Positions 32,526 through 46,995 of a DNA stretch of 64,000 nt are shown piece after piece. Under the pieces are notes generated by a model. That model did no database searches, had not been told where the DNA came from, and saw nothing but the letters and a program-made list of their open reading frames with translations. The DNA comes from Piromyces finnis finn (Eukaryota > Fungi > Neocallimastigomycota), in assembly GCA_002104945.1 (NCBI GenBank), contig MCFH01000035.1:372001-436000 (forward strand), given 5' to 3'. The position numbers and the translations under genes are program-made. Position 1 is the stretch's first letter; each line of letters opens with the position of its first letter.

Positions 32526-32601
<76 letters not shown>
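32520..32601. repeat. (AAT)n microsatellite
   Basis: Directly visible array between the hairpin and the CDC50 stop codon. Confidence 0.9.
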
Positions 32602-32602
<1 letters not shown>

Positions 32603-32862
32603 GTAATGGTAATAGAAAAATGATTTATCTTTTTTTTTTTTTTTTTATTTATTTATTTTTCATTTAACTATATAAAATTATAAATCATATTATAAAAATA
32701 ACAATATAATAATATTTTATTTATTTTTATTTTTTTTTTTCTATACTATATATTATATTGAATAATATAATACACATTTTTTTTTATTGTAAATATCTTC
32801 TTTCTTTCTTTCTATTTATTCATTTTTATTTGGTCCATTAAAAATGTTTAGTTATGATAGAG

Positions 32863-33709
32863 TTAATGATTGTCTCCATTATCAGCGGTGTTTGTAGTAG
32901 CTGAAGCTTTATTCCAACTTAAATATTTGTGATCACCTAATTTTCTTGGCTTGTAAAGGTGACGAATTAAGAAAATAACACCAAATACAAGACTAATAAA
33001 ACCAACAAACATATAAGCTATACCAAGGAATGGATTCTTTCCTCCTATAATAGAAGAAGTAGTAATAACAAAGGATTTGGTACCACCATAACGAACAACA
33101 TTATAATCTATTTTTAATTTTAAAATTGAAATTTATATATATAGAAAATATTATTATATATTATATATACATTATATATAGATAAATAGGTAAAAGTATA
33201 TAAAATGTTATATACTTACTGTGTGTGATATCAATAGAGTATTTTCCTTTTGGGAGATCTTGATTAATATTCTTGGAATATAACTTTCTAAAGTTTGGTA
33301 AACCAGCAGTTCTCATCCAGACTTGGAAGTGTTCCCAATTCTTTAAATCTGGGAAATTTTCTTCTGTGTAATATCCATCTTTATATTCTGGAAATTGACT
33401 AACCCAATCTGGTGGTGGAACAAGTTTTTTATTATTAATTTCATCCTTGTATAACTTTAAGAATTGTTCTCTAGAACCATATTTATCCGCATCAGATGGC
33501 CAAGCAATACCTTCAGAAGTTAATGAATAATTGTTATTTCCAATTCCTTTTAATTGACTATCAAAGGAATCTTATTTTTATTATTATCATTATATTATAA
33601 AATTATATATATATATTTTTAATTGTAAATATAAAAGTAAAAATTTATTTAATAGATTAGATTAACGGTTTAGTGATGAAATTAAATATTAATAAAATAT
33701 ATATTTAAA

Positions 33710-33743
<34 letters not shown>

Positions 33744-34463
33744 TTTTTTTTGTAAACGGGAATAATTATTAAACGTTATTATTTATTAAATATATTTTTT
33801 TTTTTTGTAAAAGGGAATAATTATTAAATGTTATTATTCATTAATTTTTTTTTTTTTTTTTTGAAAAAAGGAATGATTATTAAAAGTTATTATTAATAAG
33901 ATATATGCATGATTTTATCATAATTAAATATAATAAATTTTATTAATAGTAAACTTTTTATGACAACTGTTATTAAATCCTTACCAGAAAACATGGAATT
34001 GGCGATTAAACCACATGGGAAATATATATTTCCTTTATCATCTTTTCTAACTGGATCACAATTACTAGTTAAATCTTCGATGAGAACTTTTTTTTCTCCA
34101 AGAAGTTGGTTAGAGTCAAAACTTTTTACATAACTTCTATGGTTTTGGTAGAATGAAGTAAGACGATAATAAAAGAAAACAGGTTTCTTAAAGGTTTCCT
34201 TAACTTCAAATTCAACTGTACATACTTTAGTACTATTATTGAATTTCCAATTTACACCTGGAACACCTTCTACTGGAGTTGAAACTGAAGGAGCTTTATT
34301 GAAGCATTCAGTGTATTCAAAATAAAATTCGTGAACCTTTTTATATTACAAAATAAGATATATAACATATATTTAGTTAATCATTAATATCCTATATATA
34401 TTTTAGATTTTAGAATTTCTATATTTAATATTCGCTGAACAGATTTATTTTAATGTTTATTTA

Positions 34464-34524
<61 letters not shown>

Positions 34525-35143
34525 CTATATTGATTTATTTAAAAATAATTATATATATATATATTTTTCAATATTCCATATTTATATTCTTATTTTTAAA
34601 TATAAAATAATGAATAATTGCTTTTTTGTTATTATTTATTTCCAAACAATTGAAAATTTGATAAATATTCAACTATAGAAAGAACAACAAATTATTTAAA
34701 TTATTGATATTGTATATATTAATTTATTTTCCTCTTCTCCTCTTTCTTTTTATTCTTCAATAAAAACATAATACTGAATATCGTAATAAATTGTTTTGTT
34801 AAAGTAAAACTTGTTTTAATAATACTTTTTCCCTCTGAAATATATATGCGATTATTATTTCCTGTTATGTACCTTTGTTGCTGCAATAAATAAACCTATA
34901 CCAATTGGAATAAAACTTATACCAATGAAGAAAAGAGTTGGCAAAACATTTTTTGGTGTTAAAATGGGTTGCCAAGCCTTTAAACGTTGTTGTCTAATAG
35001 CATTATCTGATTTTTTTTTTATTTCAATATTTATGAAAATGAATATTAATAAAAAACTAAATTATTTATAATTTGTATTTATATATATAGAATTAACAAT
35101 AATTACTCTTTGGTTTATTTGATTTAACTGCCGTATCAGCCAT
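32863..35143 (-). CDS. CDC50: CDC50/LEM3-family P4-ATPase (flippase) beta subunit, 372 aa, 5 exons
   Basis: Exons 35143-35107, 35006-34873, 34336-33985, 33570-33220 and 33107-32863. Motifs [68 protein letters not shown] and [11 protein letters not shown]; two hydrophobic TM segments. Confidence 0.97.
33742..33897. repeat. Three imperfect tandem copies (about 52 bp) in CDC50 intron 3
   Basis: Each copy is a T-run followed by GTAAACGGGAATAATTATTAAACGTTATT, GTAAAAGGGAATAATTATTAAATGTTATT or GAAAAAAGGAATGATTATTAAAAGTTATT. Confidence 0.8.
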
Positions 35144-36728
35144 TTTTATTGTATTATTTCTTTTGATATATTTTTATTTATATACTTTATTACTAAAAAT
35201 ATTGTTATTATTTAAAATCTAAAACAGAGATGAATAACAAAAACAAAAAAAAAAAAAAAAAAGACAAAAAAACAAAAAACAAAACAAATAATTATAAAAA
35301 AAATTACAGTGAAATGATATGAAATCTAATTTTAATATTGATTCATTAATGATATGAATATATGTTATTGCTTTATAATAATTTACTAATTCTTTTCTTT
35401 TCTTTTCTTTTTTATTTGGATTAATTTAAAATAAAAACATGAATAGAATAGTATTAAATTTATATTGTTACAATGATTATTTATGATGATAGAGAGTTTT
35501 ATGTTTTATTTATAAATTTGATATTAATATTTAAAATATTATTTATTTTTATTTTAAATATATAACTGTTGTTTATTTTTTTTTATGAATATTTTATTAA
35601 ATTGTCAATTTATAATTGAAATAATGACTTTTGTTGTTATTGTTTACTAAGCTTTTTTTTTTTTTTTAGTATTATTAATATTTTTATTTTTTATTTTTTT
35701 AAGATATAAAAATAAAGTTACTATTTATTAATAAAGTCATGTTTTTTATTAAATTAATAAAATATATTGTAAAATTCAATTGTATATTATTTTTTAAATA
35801 TATAATAATTAAATTTATTTATATATAAATATTATAATCAAAAAATTTTAAGAATTTCTTTCAAGAAGAAGCAATTTATTTTTAGGAAAATATATAAAAG
35901 AGGATGTAAAAATCGAGTTTTAGGCAAATGTACAGGAAAAAAGTAAAAATCGGGTAAAGTTTAATAAAAAACAACATTCAAACTATCTACCAATGTGCAA
36001 ACTATTTATATAATATTAAAATATGATAGACTATTGTGTTAAAACTACCTAATAAAATACTTCATCTGAATATTATGAGTAACTCATTCGGATATTGCAT
36101 TTTCATTTTCTCTGTGGATATAAAAAGAAAAAAAAAAGATTGTGCTTAAAATGAAACCATAATTTAGAAGAAAGCTATTTTAATAATATTATTATATTAT
36201 TATCATTATCACTATTTGATTTATTAAATGTAATATAGAAAATATGAAATATGGCGATAGTTTGGTAATCTTAACACCTAATTATCAATAAAAATACTTT
36301 TTTTATGATTATATACCTAACTTTATATATATATTATGAAAAATAAAATAATTTAAATGATGGAATATTATTCTTTTTAATACTGCTCTGTAGTGTATTA
36401 ATATGAATGAATCCCAATAAATATAATAAAAAATTCAAAAATACTATTTAATAAAATTAATTATAGCAAAAAAGAATAGACTTCTTAGTCATATTCCTTT
36501 TTTTTTTTTTTAACAAATTTGATATTATTTATATGAATAGGTTTATTAATATATATAATATATATTCGTTTTTTCTTTTTTTCTTTTTTTATTTTTATTA
36601 TATAAAATAAAATTAAAAGTATAACTTATATAATTATCATCAATCTTCAATCTAAATGGTGATTTATTAAGTAATAAGATATTAAGGATTTATATTTATA
36701 TATTATGGGTAATTAAAGAATTTAAGAC

Positions 36729-36850
36729 AAAGACAGACTATATATTTTATAAATTATTATTTATTAATTGAAAAAGATAGACTATATATTTTTTATTAAT
36801 ATTTATTATTTAGTTAAATAAGACAGAATATATATTTTTATTATTATTAT
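36729..36850. repeat. Three degenerate copies of an AAGACAGACTATATATTTT-headed unit (about 45 bp)
   Basis: AAGACAGACTATATATTTT near 36730, AAGATAGACTATATATTTT near 36774 and AAGACAGAATATATATTTT near 36820. Confidence 0.6.
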
Positions 36851-39212
36851 TTAATTTAAATAAATGAATAGTAAATAAGATCTATCAAAAATCACTATAG
36901 AATGCATTTGATGATTTAAATTACTAAAATTAAAATAATTTTGTTTTATATATATTTATAAGAAGTAAATTGTAACTTTATTATTTATTCAATTAAATAG
37001 TGGGGAATATTAAAAAGCATATGAATTTTTGTTTTTTATTTTTGTTTCATTTATTTGTCAATAATCTTTTATTTTCGATAATAATAATAAAAAAAAGGTT
37101 AATATTCGAGAATCGACAAATTTTTATCTATTTTAAAAAGAATCTTTTTCTAATTATTATAAAAATAATAAAAAATAATGGCAACCTTTATTAATAAAAG
37201 ATATAATATATATCCACAAGTTTGATAAAGAAAATAAGATTATATATAGATTTTTTTTTATTATTATTACATTGACTTTTGTATTTTTTTTTTATGAAAA
37301 TATATATTGTCTATTCCTTTATTTTATGTATTTTTTTTTATATACTAATTTTAGTTTAAAGCAAGCGGAAGAAAATATCCTATCATTTTAATTTTTATTT
37401 ATATTCTTTTTTTTTTTTTTTTATTTTTTTATTTTATAATAAATATAGTTATATTAATTCCTCTATTTCTTATCGGTTAAAATTTTATATATAAAAAATA
37501 CATCCAAAAAAAAAGTAAAATAAAAAAAAAAAAGAGAAAATAAAGAAAAATGATTTATTTTCTTTAAAATTAAAATATTAGAAATTAATTTTTTCAAAGT
37601 TAATTAAAGTCATTTTTTTTATTAAAAATATATTTAATTCTAATTTTCTTATTATTTTATATTTTAGTAATCTTATTATTAATGGTTATATCTACTCTAT
37701 TTATATAAATGAATTAAATGGCAATAATAATTGTATTATAGTTTTGTAACAAATGAATCAATTCTTAATGTTCAAAATTTTGTAAATAATTAATTAATTA
37801 AATATTGGGTAAAAAAAAACTATAATAAGTTTATTATAACCAAGGAATAATTAATTATTTTTAAAAAATATAATAAATATATATATATATTTAATAATTA
37901 TATAACATCTTTTTTGAGGGATTTAAAATACTATTTGCTAACGAGATGTATTGTAAAATTCAGAATTATATATAGAGTATAGAATTCTAGAATAATAATA
38001 GATAAATGGAAATGTTAAATTATTTCTATTTATGAATAGATTCATTCAAAAGGATTATTATTTATTATACCAATATGAAATATAGCGATGAAAATTAAAA
38101 TTAATATTGTGCCTTTCTTAATAGATCCATGTTTTAAAATATATATAGTTGGAAATAATAATTTAATAATTCCATAGTTTGTAAAATTTTATTAATATTT
38201 CAGTTGAAGTTTTATAATTGATTTAGTTTTTTTTTTTTTTTTTTATATTGTAAAAAAAAATACTAAAAAAAAAAATAATTATATTTGATTATTTTATTTG
38301 AAATTAGGAATCATAATAATTCTATATATTTATTTTCTTTAGAATCCAAGGAAACTTCACAGAGCTATATAGTGTAATGAAAGAATGATTTTTCTTTATT
38401 TTTTTTTAAAAAAAAAAGAAAAATAGAAATAATAAAAATGGTTCTATTTTATTTAGAATAAATGACAAAACGACAATGTCTTCAAATATACAAACATTAA
38501 CATATTAATAATATAAATAAAGCATCAAACATTAATCTGTTTTTCCAATAAAAAAGTGATATATATAAAAGTTTCATCTTTTCTACTCTATTTTTCTATT
38601 TATCCATATTTAAAATAGTATTAAAATAATTATTAATGAAGGTATAAACTATTTTATAAATTTATATAACTTGATGTAATAATATTAAAAGTTATTTTTA
38701 AGTATAATTTAATTAAATAATATATTTACAAAATTCTAAACATTATCAAAAGTAACAAATTTCATTTTAATATTAATAAATATTAATATAATCATACATA
38801 ATTCAATTTATATTTTTATGATTATTTACAAATTATATTTAGAATATTTTATAATTATGCACATATAATTATTGCACAAATACTAAAAATATTAAAAATA
38901 TTATAAAATAATGTTTTTTGACGACTTATTACAAAAGTAATAATAATAATATATAACTTTTTTTACTTTTTTGTTTCTTTTGTTCTTTTATTCTTTTTAT
39001 AATTTTTTATATTTATTAATTATTAATTTGTACATTTAATCATAATTAATGAATTACCCAATGACATGAATTATAAACATTACTTTATCATGAGTAATAT
39101 AGAAATATGAAAAAGTATTATAATTGTAATAATTATGAAAATAAAATAGATTAAGATTATATCTATATTATATATATATTTTTTTATATATAAATCTTGT
39201 TTTTTCTTTTTT

Positions 39213-39244
<32 letters not shown>

Positions 39245-39990
39245 GAAAAAAAAGCAATATATATATATATAATAATAATATAATAATAATAATAATAATA
39301 ATTATTATTATAATTAGTAACTATTTTTATAAAAGAAAAATTAATAATTTTGCTTATAGAATATATAAAATATTATATGTAGTTTTGTTTTTTTATATTT
39401 TTAATATATAAATAAAATATATTTAAAAATAACTATTATCCTACTATACCTATATACGGAAATGATATATATATGTTAATATGATTTTAAAAATTAAAAA
39501 TAACCAGTTTTAAATAATATTTTTTTATAAAACAATTCTATCTACTTATATTTTTTAAATACCTTTTTATACCTATTTATATATTGGATAGCTAAGAAAG
39601 AAAAAAAAAAAAGATATTAAAATTCATATTATTATTATTTGGGAATATAAATTTGGAGAAAATTGTTAAGAAAGTAGAATATTAAAAATTGGAATAACTG
39701 GATTGAAAAAAAAAAAAAAAATTTGTAATCAGGATTAAAGAAAGCAAAAGACAAGTTAAAAAAAAATTAACACCTTTAAAAGTCAAAAAATATTTTTTTA
39801 TATAATTTCTAATATCATTATTTAAACAGAAAATTATTCATATTAAAAAAAAAAAAAAGTGATACCCACATTTAATAATATTTCTAAATTTTTACAAAAA
39901 ATATAAAAATATATAATTATAAAAGCTTCAATTGATATAGTATAAAAGAAATAAGAGAAAAAAAAAGAGAAAACAATAAATAACATAAAG

Positions 39991-42900
39991 ATGTATAATA
40001 ATGATGGTTGTAATAAGATAATAATTGAAAAGAAGAAGAATTTATTTACTAAAATATTTTCATCAAATAAAAAGAAGAATAGTAGTAAGAAAGATACTAC
40101 TGGAATACAATACATTGTTCCTTATTCATCAGCACCTTATATTGTATCATCAAAACAAGTCTCTCAAAATTCATTAAATGATTTTTGTAATACTCCAAAA
40201 TTCGAAAATTCTGATAATGTAAATTATAATGTATATGCTGAAACTTCACCATGCCTATCCACCGATACAATCACTGAAAAAAGAAATAATGAAATATATC
40301 AAAAGGGATCAAATACCAATAATAAATATGATATAAATAATTCTTATTATTTAAATTCTGTTGTTGTTTATAATAATATCAATGGTAAATGTCGTTCTAG
40401 TAGTGATAATTTTAAAAATTATCTCAAATGTTTAGCCCATTCTAAAAAACATCAAAAACCATTTATATCAGTAACCACTACTAGTTCTTCTGCTCTGATG
40501 ACTTCTTCATCAACATATAATTCAAAAGATAGTAATACTTTGCCCAATATATCAAATGTTTCATCATCTTATTCTATTGCCATACCAAATTACAACACTC
40601 ATTCTCAAATGCATTCATCCATGATGAGCAAAGATGATATTTCTTTACCTAAATGTAGTACAGATAGAAAGTTGGCATTGGATAAAATTATTACAAAACT
40701 TCGTAAGGTACAAAAGCAACAACAACAACAACAACAACAGTCAGAAATAGAAAATGATGATGAATATAATGATTATCAATGTAAAGAACAATTTAACGAA
40801 ATAAATAAATACAAATCTAAGAATTATAAAAGTAATGATAAATATAATTCTTCTTCATTGTCCATTTCTAATAACGACTTAGTATCAAAACAATGTTATA
40901 ATACCTTACCTTCAAATTACAGCAAAATCGCTTCCATTGATTATAGTAATGGTCATCTTAATGATGAAAATAATATAAAAAATACCATAACAAAGCCTGT
41001 TCATGTTTATGGTAGTGGTTCAGGTAATGAAATTAATTTTAACTCTGATGAAACTTTAATGGGTTCTCAATGTAACAGTCAATCCTTGTATAGTCAAAAT
41101 AATATTGGATCCTCAGTTATTGATAGTAATGTCACTATTCAACAAGAAAATTCTGATTCTTCAGATGAAATAGAGGAACTTAAAAGAAGTTTAAATCAAA
41201 TGGGAATTCAATCTTCCACTACTGGTTACGCCGGTAGTAGAAATCCAATTCTTCAGAAAAAATCATCAAGTCACAGTAATAATTATTTAAGTCCAAAATT
41301 AGCTAATAGTTCTTCTATTTCTCCTGCTAGATCTATGGAAATTCATAGATCGAAGACAATATCTATTTCAGGAGTTTCACTTGCTCGTCATAAACGTGAT
41401 TTATCTTCTGATAATTATGAATCCACTAGTTACGGTTGTAGTCCATCTGCTTTGCATATAATCAGAGCATCAACCTACAATTTAGCAGCAAAGAAAAGTT
41501 TTACTAGTCATAAAAAACAATTATCTTGTGACTCAAAAAGTCACATGTCGCAACTTAATCGTGTTAATATGATTGAAGATGTAATTGAAGAACAGGGCGA
41601 TGAAGAAAATGATACCAATGGTAGTATGAAGCAAGAGAAAAATAGTGAAAAGGATAAGTCAATATCTTCTTTTATTAAACCAAGAAAGCCAAAAACTTTA
41701 TTCAATGAAAAAAATTTCTCTAACCCATTTGCTAATCAAGCCCAAAATGAATTAAAAATGGAAACAAATCCATTTAAATACAAAAGAAGAATTTTTTCAA
41801 ATATTATCAGAGATCGTGATATATATGTTCGTGATGGAAGGAAAATGTCTGTTAATGAATTAAGTATTAATAATAATAATAATAATACTATGGGTAAAGC
41901 TCGTAGAGTTAGTGTTAGTGCTGGTAATTATTATCATACTAAGGAAACAGATTCTATTTATTTAAAGAGTGATGAACAATATAATGTTTCACTTCCATCC
42001 TTGAACGGTAAGATTGAAGGAAAAGTTAATCAGTATTACATTATTAAGGAAATTGATTCTGGATCCTACGGAAGAGTTTACTTAGTATATGATGAAATTA
42101 TTAATAAATATTTTGCATGTAAAATGATATCAAAATCAAGATTAAAACGTAACTTTAGATTATCTCGTTTAGCTCGTCGTAGAAATATTACTGGTGAAGA
42201 AGAAGAACAATATGATCCAGAAGAACATTTATTACAAATTAAAAAAGAAGTTGCTATATTAAAAAATTTAACTAAACATCCAAATATTGTTTTATTAGTG
42301 GAAGTTTTAAATGATACTCGTGAAGATAATATATATTTAGGTAATATGAATTGTAAAAAGAAAAAGAAAAACATAAAAAATCAATATAATAATTTCTTTT
42401 TTTTTAATACTTATCATATATTATATTTATTAGTATTTGAATTATGTGAAAAGGGAAAACTTATGGATATTCAAATTAATAAAAAAGCTGAACCATACAC
42501 TGAAGAAAAAGCTAGAAAATACTTTAGAGATGTAGTCTTGGGATTAGAATATTGTATGTTTTTTACTCCTATTTATGATAAGGATAAAAATAAATAAAAA
42601 ATGAAATAAATATTAATTTAAATATTTTAATAATTTTTAAATAAAATAAAAGGTCATTTCAAAAAAATTATTCACCGTGACATTAAACCAGGTAAATATT
42701 CATCAAAATATAAAAAAAAAAAATTAATATTGTTTAATAATACTAATATATTTATTATTGTATTTATAATATAGATAATATATTAGTTACAGCAGATGAT
42801 AATATTAAAATTAGTGATTTTGGTATATCATATATATTTAATGAAGATCAAGAAGATGCTACTATAAGTAACAAGAATGCTTCACCACTATACTTGCCAC

Positions 42901-43566
42901 CAGAAGCATGTTCATGTTAGTATTTTAATTTTTTTTTTTTTTTTTTTTTTCATTAATCAATTATATATTATAAATCTAGTAAAATATTTAAACTAAAAAT
43001 TCTTTTTAATCTTTTTCTTAATAAATTAAAAAAAAAAAATTAGCTGATGTACCATATATGAAAGGAAAAGCAATGGATATATGGTCATTAGGTGTTACTC
43101 TTTATGCATTAGTTCATGGTTATTGTCCATTTGAGGATGCCGATGTTATTAATCTTTATAAAAAAATAGAAAATGATCCTGTTGTTTATTCACCAACAAT
43201 ATCGGAAGATTTAAAGGATCTTTTATCAAAGTTACTTCAGAAAGACCCAGAAAAGAGAATTACTATACAAGAAATTAAGAGACATCCATGGGTTACTGAA
43301 CATGACACAAATCCTATGTTAAGTACAGAAGAAAATTGTATTTATGAAGATATTACTGATGAGGAAATTGAAAATTCCATTCAACCAGGTTTTATGTTTG
43401 TTTCAAAGGTAAATATAAAATATATTTTCTTTTATTCCTTTTTAATAAAAACAAACAACATATTAAAATATTAATGTTTATATTGTTATTTATTTAGTTA
43501 TTAAATAGAATAAAGAAGGGTTTATCAAAGAGTGATGAAAACAAAAGAAGTATTTTAAAAATTTAA
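39991..43566 (+). CDS. CAMKK-family Ser/Thr kinase (Ssp1/Sak1/Tos3-like) with a long Ser/Asn-rich N-terminus, about 1027 aa, 6 exons
   Basis: Exons 39991-42340, 42434-42553, 42653-42691, 42775-42915, 43044-43408 and 43498-43566. Motifs VNQYYIIKEIDSGSYGRV, FACKMISKSRL, KKEVAILK, HPNIVLLVEVLND, FRDVVLGLEYCH, HRDIKPDN, ISDFG, DIWSLGVTLY and RITIQEIKRHPWVT. The last exon is uncertain. Confidence 0.88.
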
Positions 43567-44003
43567 ATAATAAAAAAAACTCTATCTTATCTACTAAAAG
43601 AAAGAAAAGAAGAAAAATATCTTCAACATTTTTTAGTTTCAGAAACTACTACTCTTGTAATCATGTTAAATAATGAATGTATTCAATAATAATATTTTAA
43701 ATTAACACATTTTACTTGTAAAACATTTAATCACTTTAAAAATAGTACCACCAACCATTAATATCATATAGATCTTTCAATTATTATAAGAAAGAAATCT
43801 TTTAAAACCTATAACTCTCTATACTCTTTAACAAAATAGTAAATTACATCTTTAAACTGGCTTTATCATTCTTTTATGAATTTAAGCATATTTATTAAAT
43901 AGGAAAAACAAAAAATGCTGGATTTCGAAATATATTAATTAATATATGTTTTTGCTATTATAAATATTTTTTTTCTTTTCAAATTCTATTATTATCTATT
44001 ATA

Positions 44004-44038
<35 letters not shown>

Positions 44039-44280
44039 AAACATTGACACTAACACACTAACACAAACAAATAATTTTAAAAATTATATTAAATATATAT
44101 AAAAATAATATGTAATTATTAAATATTATAATATTACATTATATTATAATATTCAAAACTTCAAATAGTTATTACTATCTATTTTTTTTTTTATAAATTC
44201 TTTAATCTTTCTCTCTTTTTTTTAAGAAAATAGTATATATATTCTATGGATTAATCTATTTTCTTAAAAAAAATAGTAAA

Positions 44281-44420
44281 TTATCAATATTCTCTTATTA
44301 TAAAAATTTATAAATGGCTATATATGTTATTAAAAATAATAAAAATATTATATTATCAATATTCTCTTATTATATAAATTTATAAATGGCTATATATATT
44401 ATTAAAAATAATAAAAATAT
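44281..44420. repeat. Direct tandem duplication, 2 x 72 bp, between the converging kinase and LRGUK 3' ends
   Basis: TTATCAATATTCTCTTATTATA(A/T)AAATTTATAAATGGCTATATAT(G/A)TTATTAAAAATAATAAAAATAT starts at 44281 and at 44353. Confidence 0.9.
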
Positions 44421-44775
44421 AAAAAAAAAAGTTTTTTTTTTTTTTTTTTTTTTTTTTCAAATGCAAAAATCCTTAACCTATTTTATAAAAGTTATCCATG
44501 AGAAAAGATGTTATTCCATAAATTTATCATAAATTTATTCCTTTAATTATTTTTATTTTTATATGTCTATTTGAATTTTTATTTAGATACTTTTTTTTTT
44601 TTTTTTTTCATAATTAATAAATACAGCTATCTAGATTAAAAACAATTTTATAGTAAACTCATTACTATTTATTTTTTGTGTGTTTATTTTAAATAAATAT
44701 CAATATATATAATATAATATTTTATTTTATTTTTTCATTTTATATTAGTGATAAAATTAGCACTATATCAATGCT

Positions 44776-45766
44776 TTAAGATTTTAAAAAATTGACTTCT
44801 TCTTCTAATAGCTTCATTTCTTTAACTCTATTTTCAATTTCTTGGGCATCATAGGCACTCCAGTATAAACTAATGATCCATTTTTCAAGCTTATGATAAG
44901 TACTATCAAAGTTTTCATTTAAAATAATATAATTGAAAATATCTGAACTTAGATCTGTACCAATTCTTGAATTAGAAAGCCATTCTTGCAATTCGGTAAT
45001 AAAGAAGTTCTCAATACGATTATATTTGATGGGTTCTAAGCAATTACCTGATTCATTATTAAAAGGTTCAAATTTTGATGGTCGTTGTCCATTTCTACTG
45101 GAACATTTAGAATCTAGTATACGAATAGGTTTAATCAAATGATTAAAATAACTTTCGGAGTTTTCAATGTTACCAGAGGAACCACTACTATTAAAAAATA
45201 AAGATTCAGTCATGAAACTAGAAAGAATATTGTTTCCGTCACTACTGTCATGATTAGTGGAAGAAGACATATTATAATAAATATATTCATCACTTGAACT
45301 ACTTTTAGTTTTTTGATCACTATTATTACTACCACTACCACTACCGCTGCTACTTGAATAATTATGTTGTACAGATGATTGATTGACAGAAGAATCAAAA
45401 TCTGTCGGTAGGTAGCTTGTAGAGGTGTAATCTGTTGAATTAAAGTTATTTGAATCAGTAAAGATAGAATGACTTTTGTCATTGATACCTTCTTGGGTAT
45501 AATCACTTGAACTTAAAGTATAAGAATTACTTAAAGTATGACTATAATCAGTTATAGAATTACTCATGGTTTGACTATAATCTGTAGTAGTGTTACTTAT
45601 GGCATGACTATAATCATTACTAGAATTACTAATATTATTATTATAATCAACTGTGTAGGAGGATGAAGGATCAATACTATCTGTAAAAGTTGTTGAATAG
45701 GTATAATCTTTAGAAGAAGATAATATGTTTGAACTATCTCCCGAACCCGAACCCGAACCCGAACCC

Positions 45767-45801
<35 letters not shown>

Positions 45802-46932
45802 TGAACCAGAACCCGAAACAGAATCGGAAGTTGTGAGGTAAGTTGATGAGCTATTATTTGAATTGTCATTATTGGTGAATATAGAGGATGTATTATTACT
45901 TAAAATAGAATTTTCTTGTCTAGTAATAAATAAAATAACATAATTTATGTTGGATGTAGTAATATTTTTTACACCCTAGTTATAATTATTGTATGTAAAT
46001 ACATAAAGATTTAAAAGATTTATATTAAATAATAAATATATAAATATTTTGTTAATTTTAATAAAATAGTGATTTTATTGAATCTATATAATTTTTGTTT
46101 ATTTATTTTTTATGGTTAATAAAATTAATTAATTAAAAAAAAAAAAAAAACTAAAGGATTTACTTCAATATTTAAAGATATTAAACAAATTCTTCCAGAT
46201 TTTTTTATTTCATTGACAGAATCATATGATATACCAAAATATTTTCCGGATGAGCCAGTGATTTGAATAAATTTATTTTCTTGAATCATATCTTTCATAG
46301 TATTTACGCCAACATAATGATAATTAGAATCCATATCTTTACAAAGTTCTTGATCTGTAGTATAAACGATAGGTGTACCACAGACATTTGGATAATTCTT
46401 AATTAATTTATTAATATATTTTTGTTTTCCACAACTTGGATTACTACATAGAATGATTAAACAAATATTATCAATGTAGGATTTGTCAGGTGAATGTAAA
46501 TTTGCATTAAGTTGCATTGATTTATAAAAATTATTAATTTGCGCAATAGAATCTACTACAAATTCAGGAGGTTGAAAAGTATTGATTGAGCTTATTTTTT
46601 CTATTTCTGTGATAAGTATTCCATCTAATATTTTTAGTGTTGGCAAATTAAAAATTACCTTTTTACGAAAATCTTTTTCATGAAATACTGGATTATTATT
46701 CATAAAAAGATCTGCCATGAAAGGTAAATCCATAATATATTTAATTTCCTCTAAATCAATGATATTATTATGAGAAACATTTAAAGTACTAAGGTATAGA
46801 TTTTTATGTAATCCACATAAACTTGATAATCTATTATGACTTATATCGAAATAGTTTAATTTTTCCAATGACGCTATATTTTGGATTTGCGTAATATTAT
46901 TATAACTCTAATAAAATAAATAAATAAATACA

Positions 46933-46995
<63 letters not shown>

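Noticed and set aside
37000-37194. Short hydrophobic ORF (also 4247-4438, 39843-40115 and 48533-48715)
   Set aside because: F/I/L/K/N-only composition typical of random frames in AT-rich non-coding or antisense DNA; no splice-linked partners.
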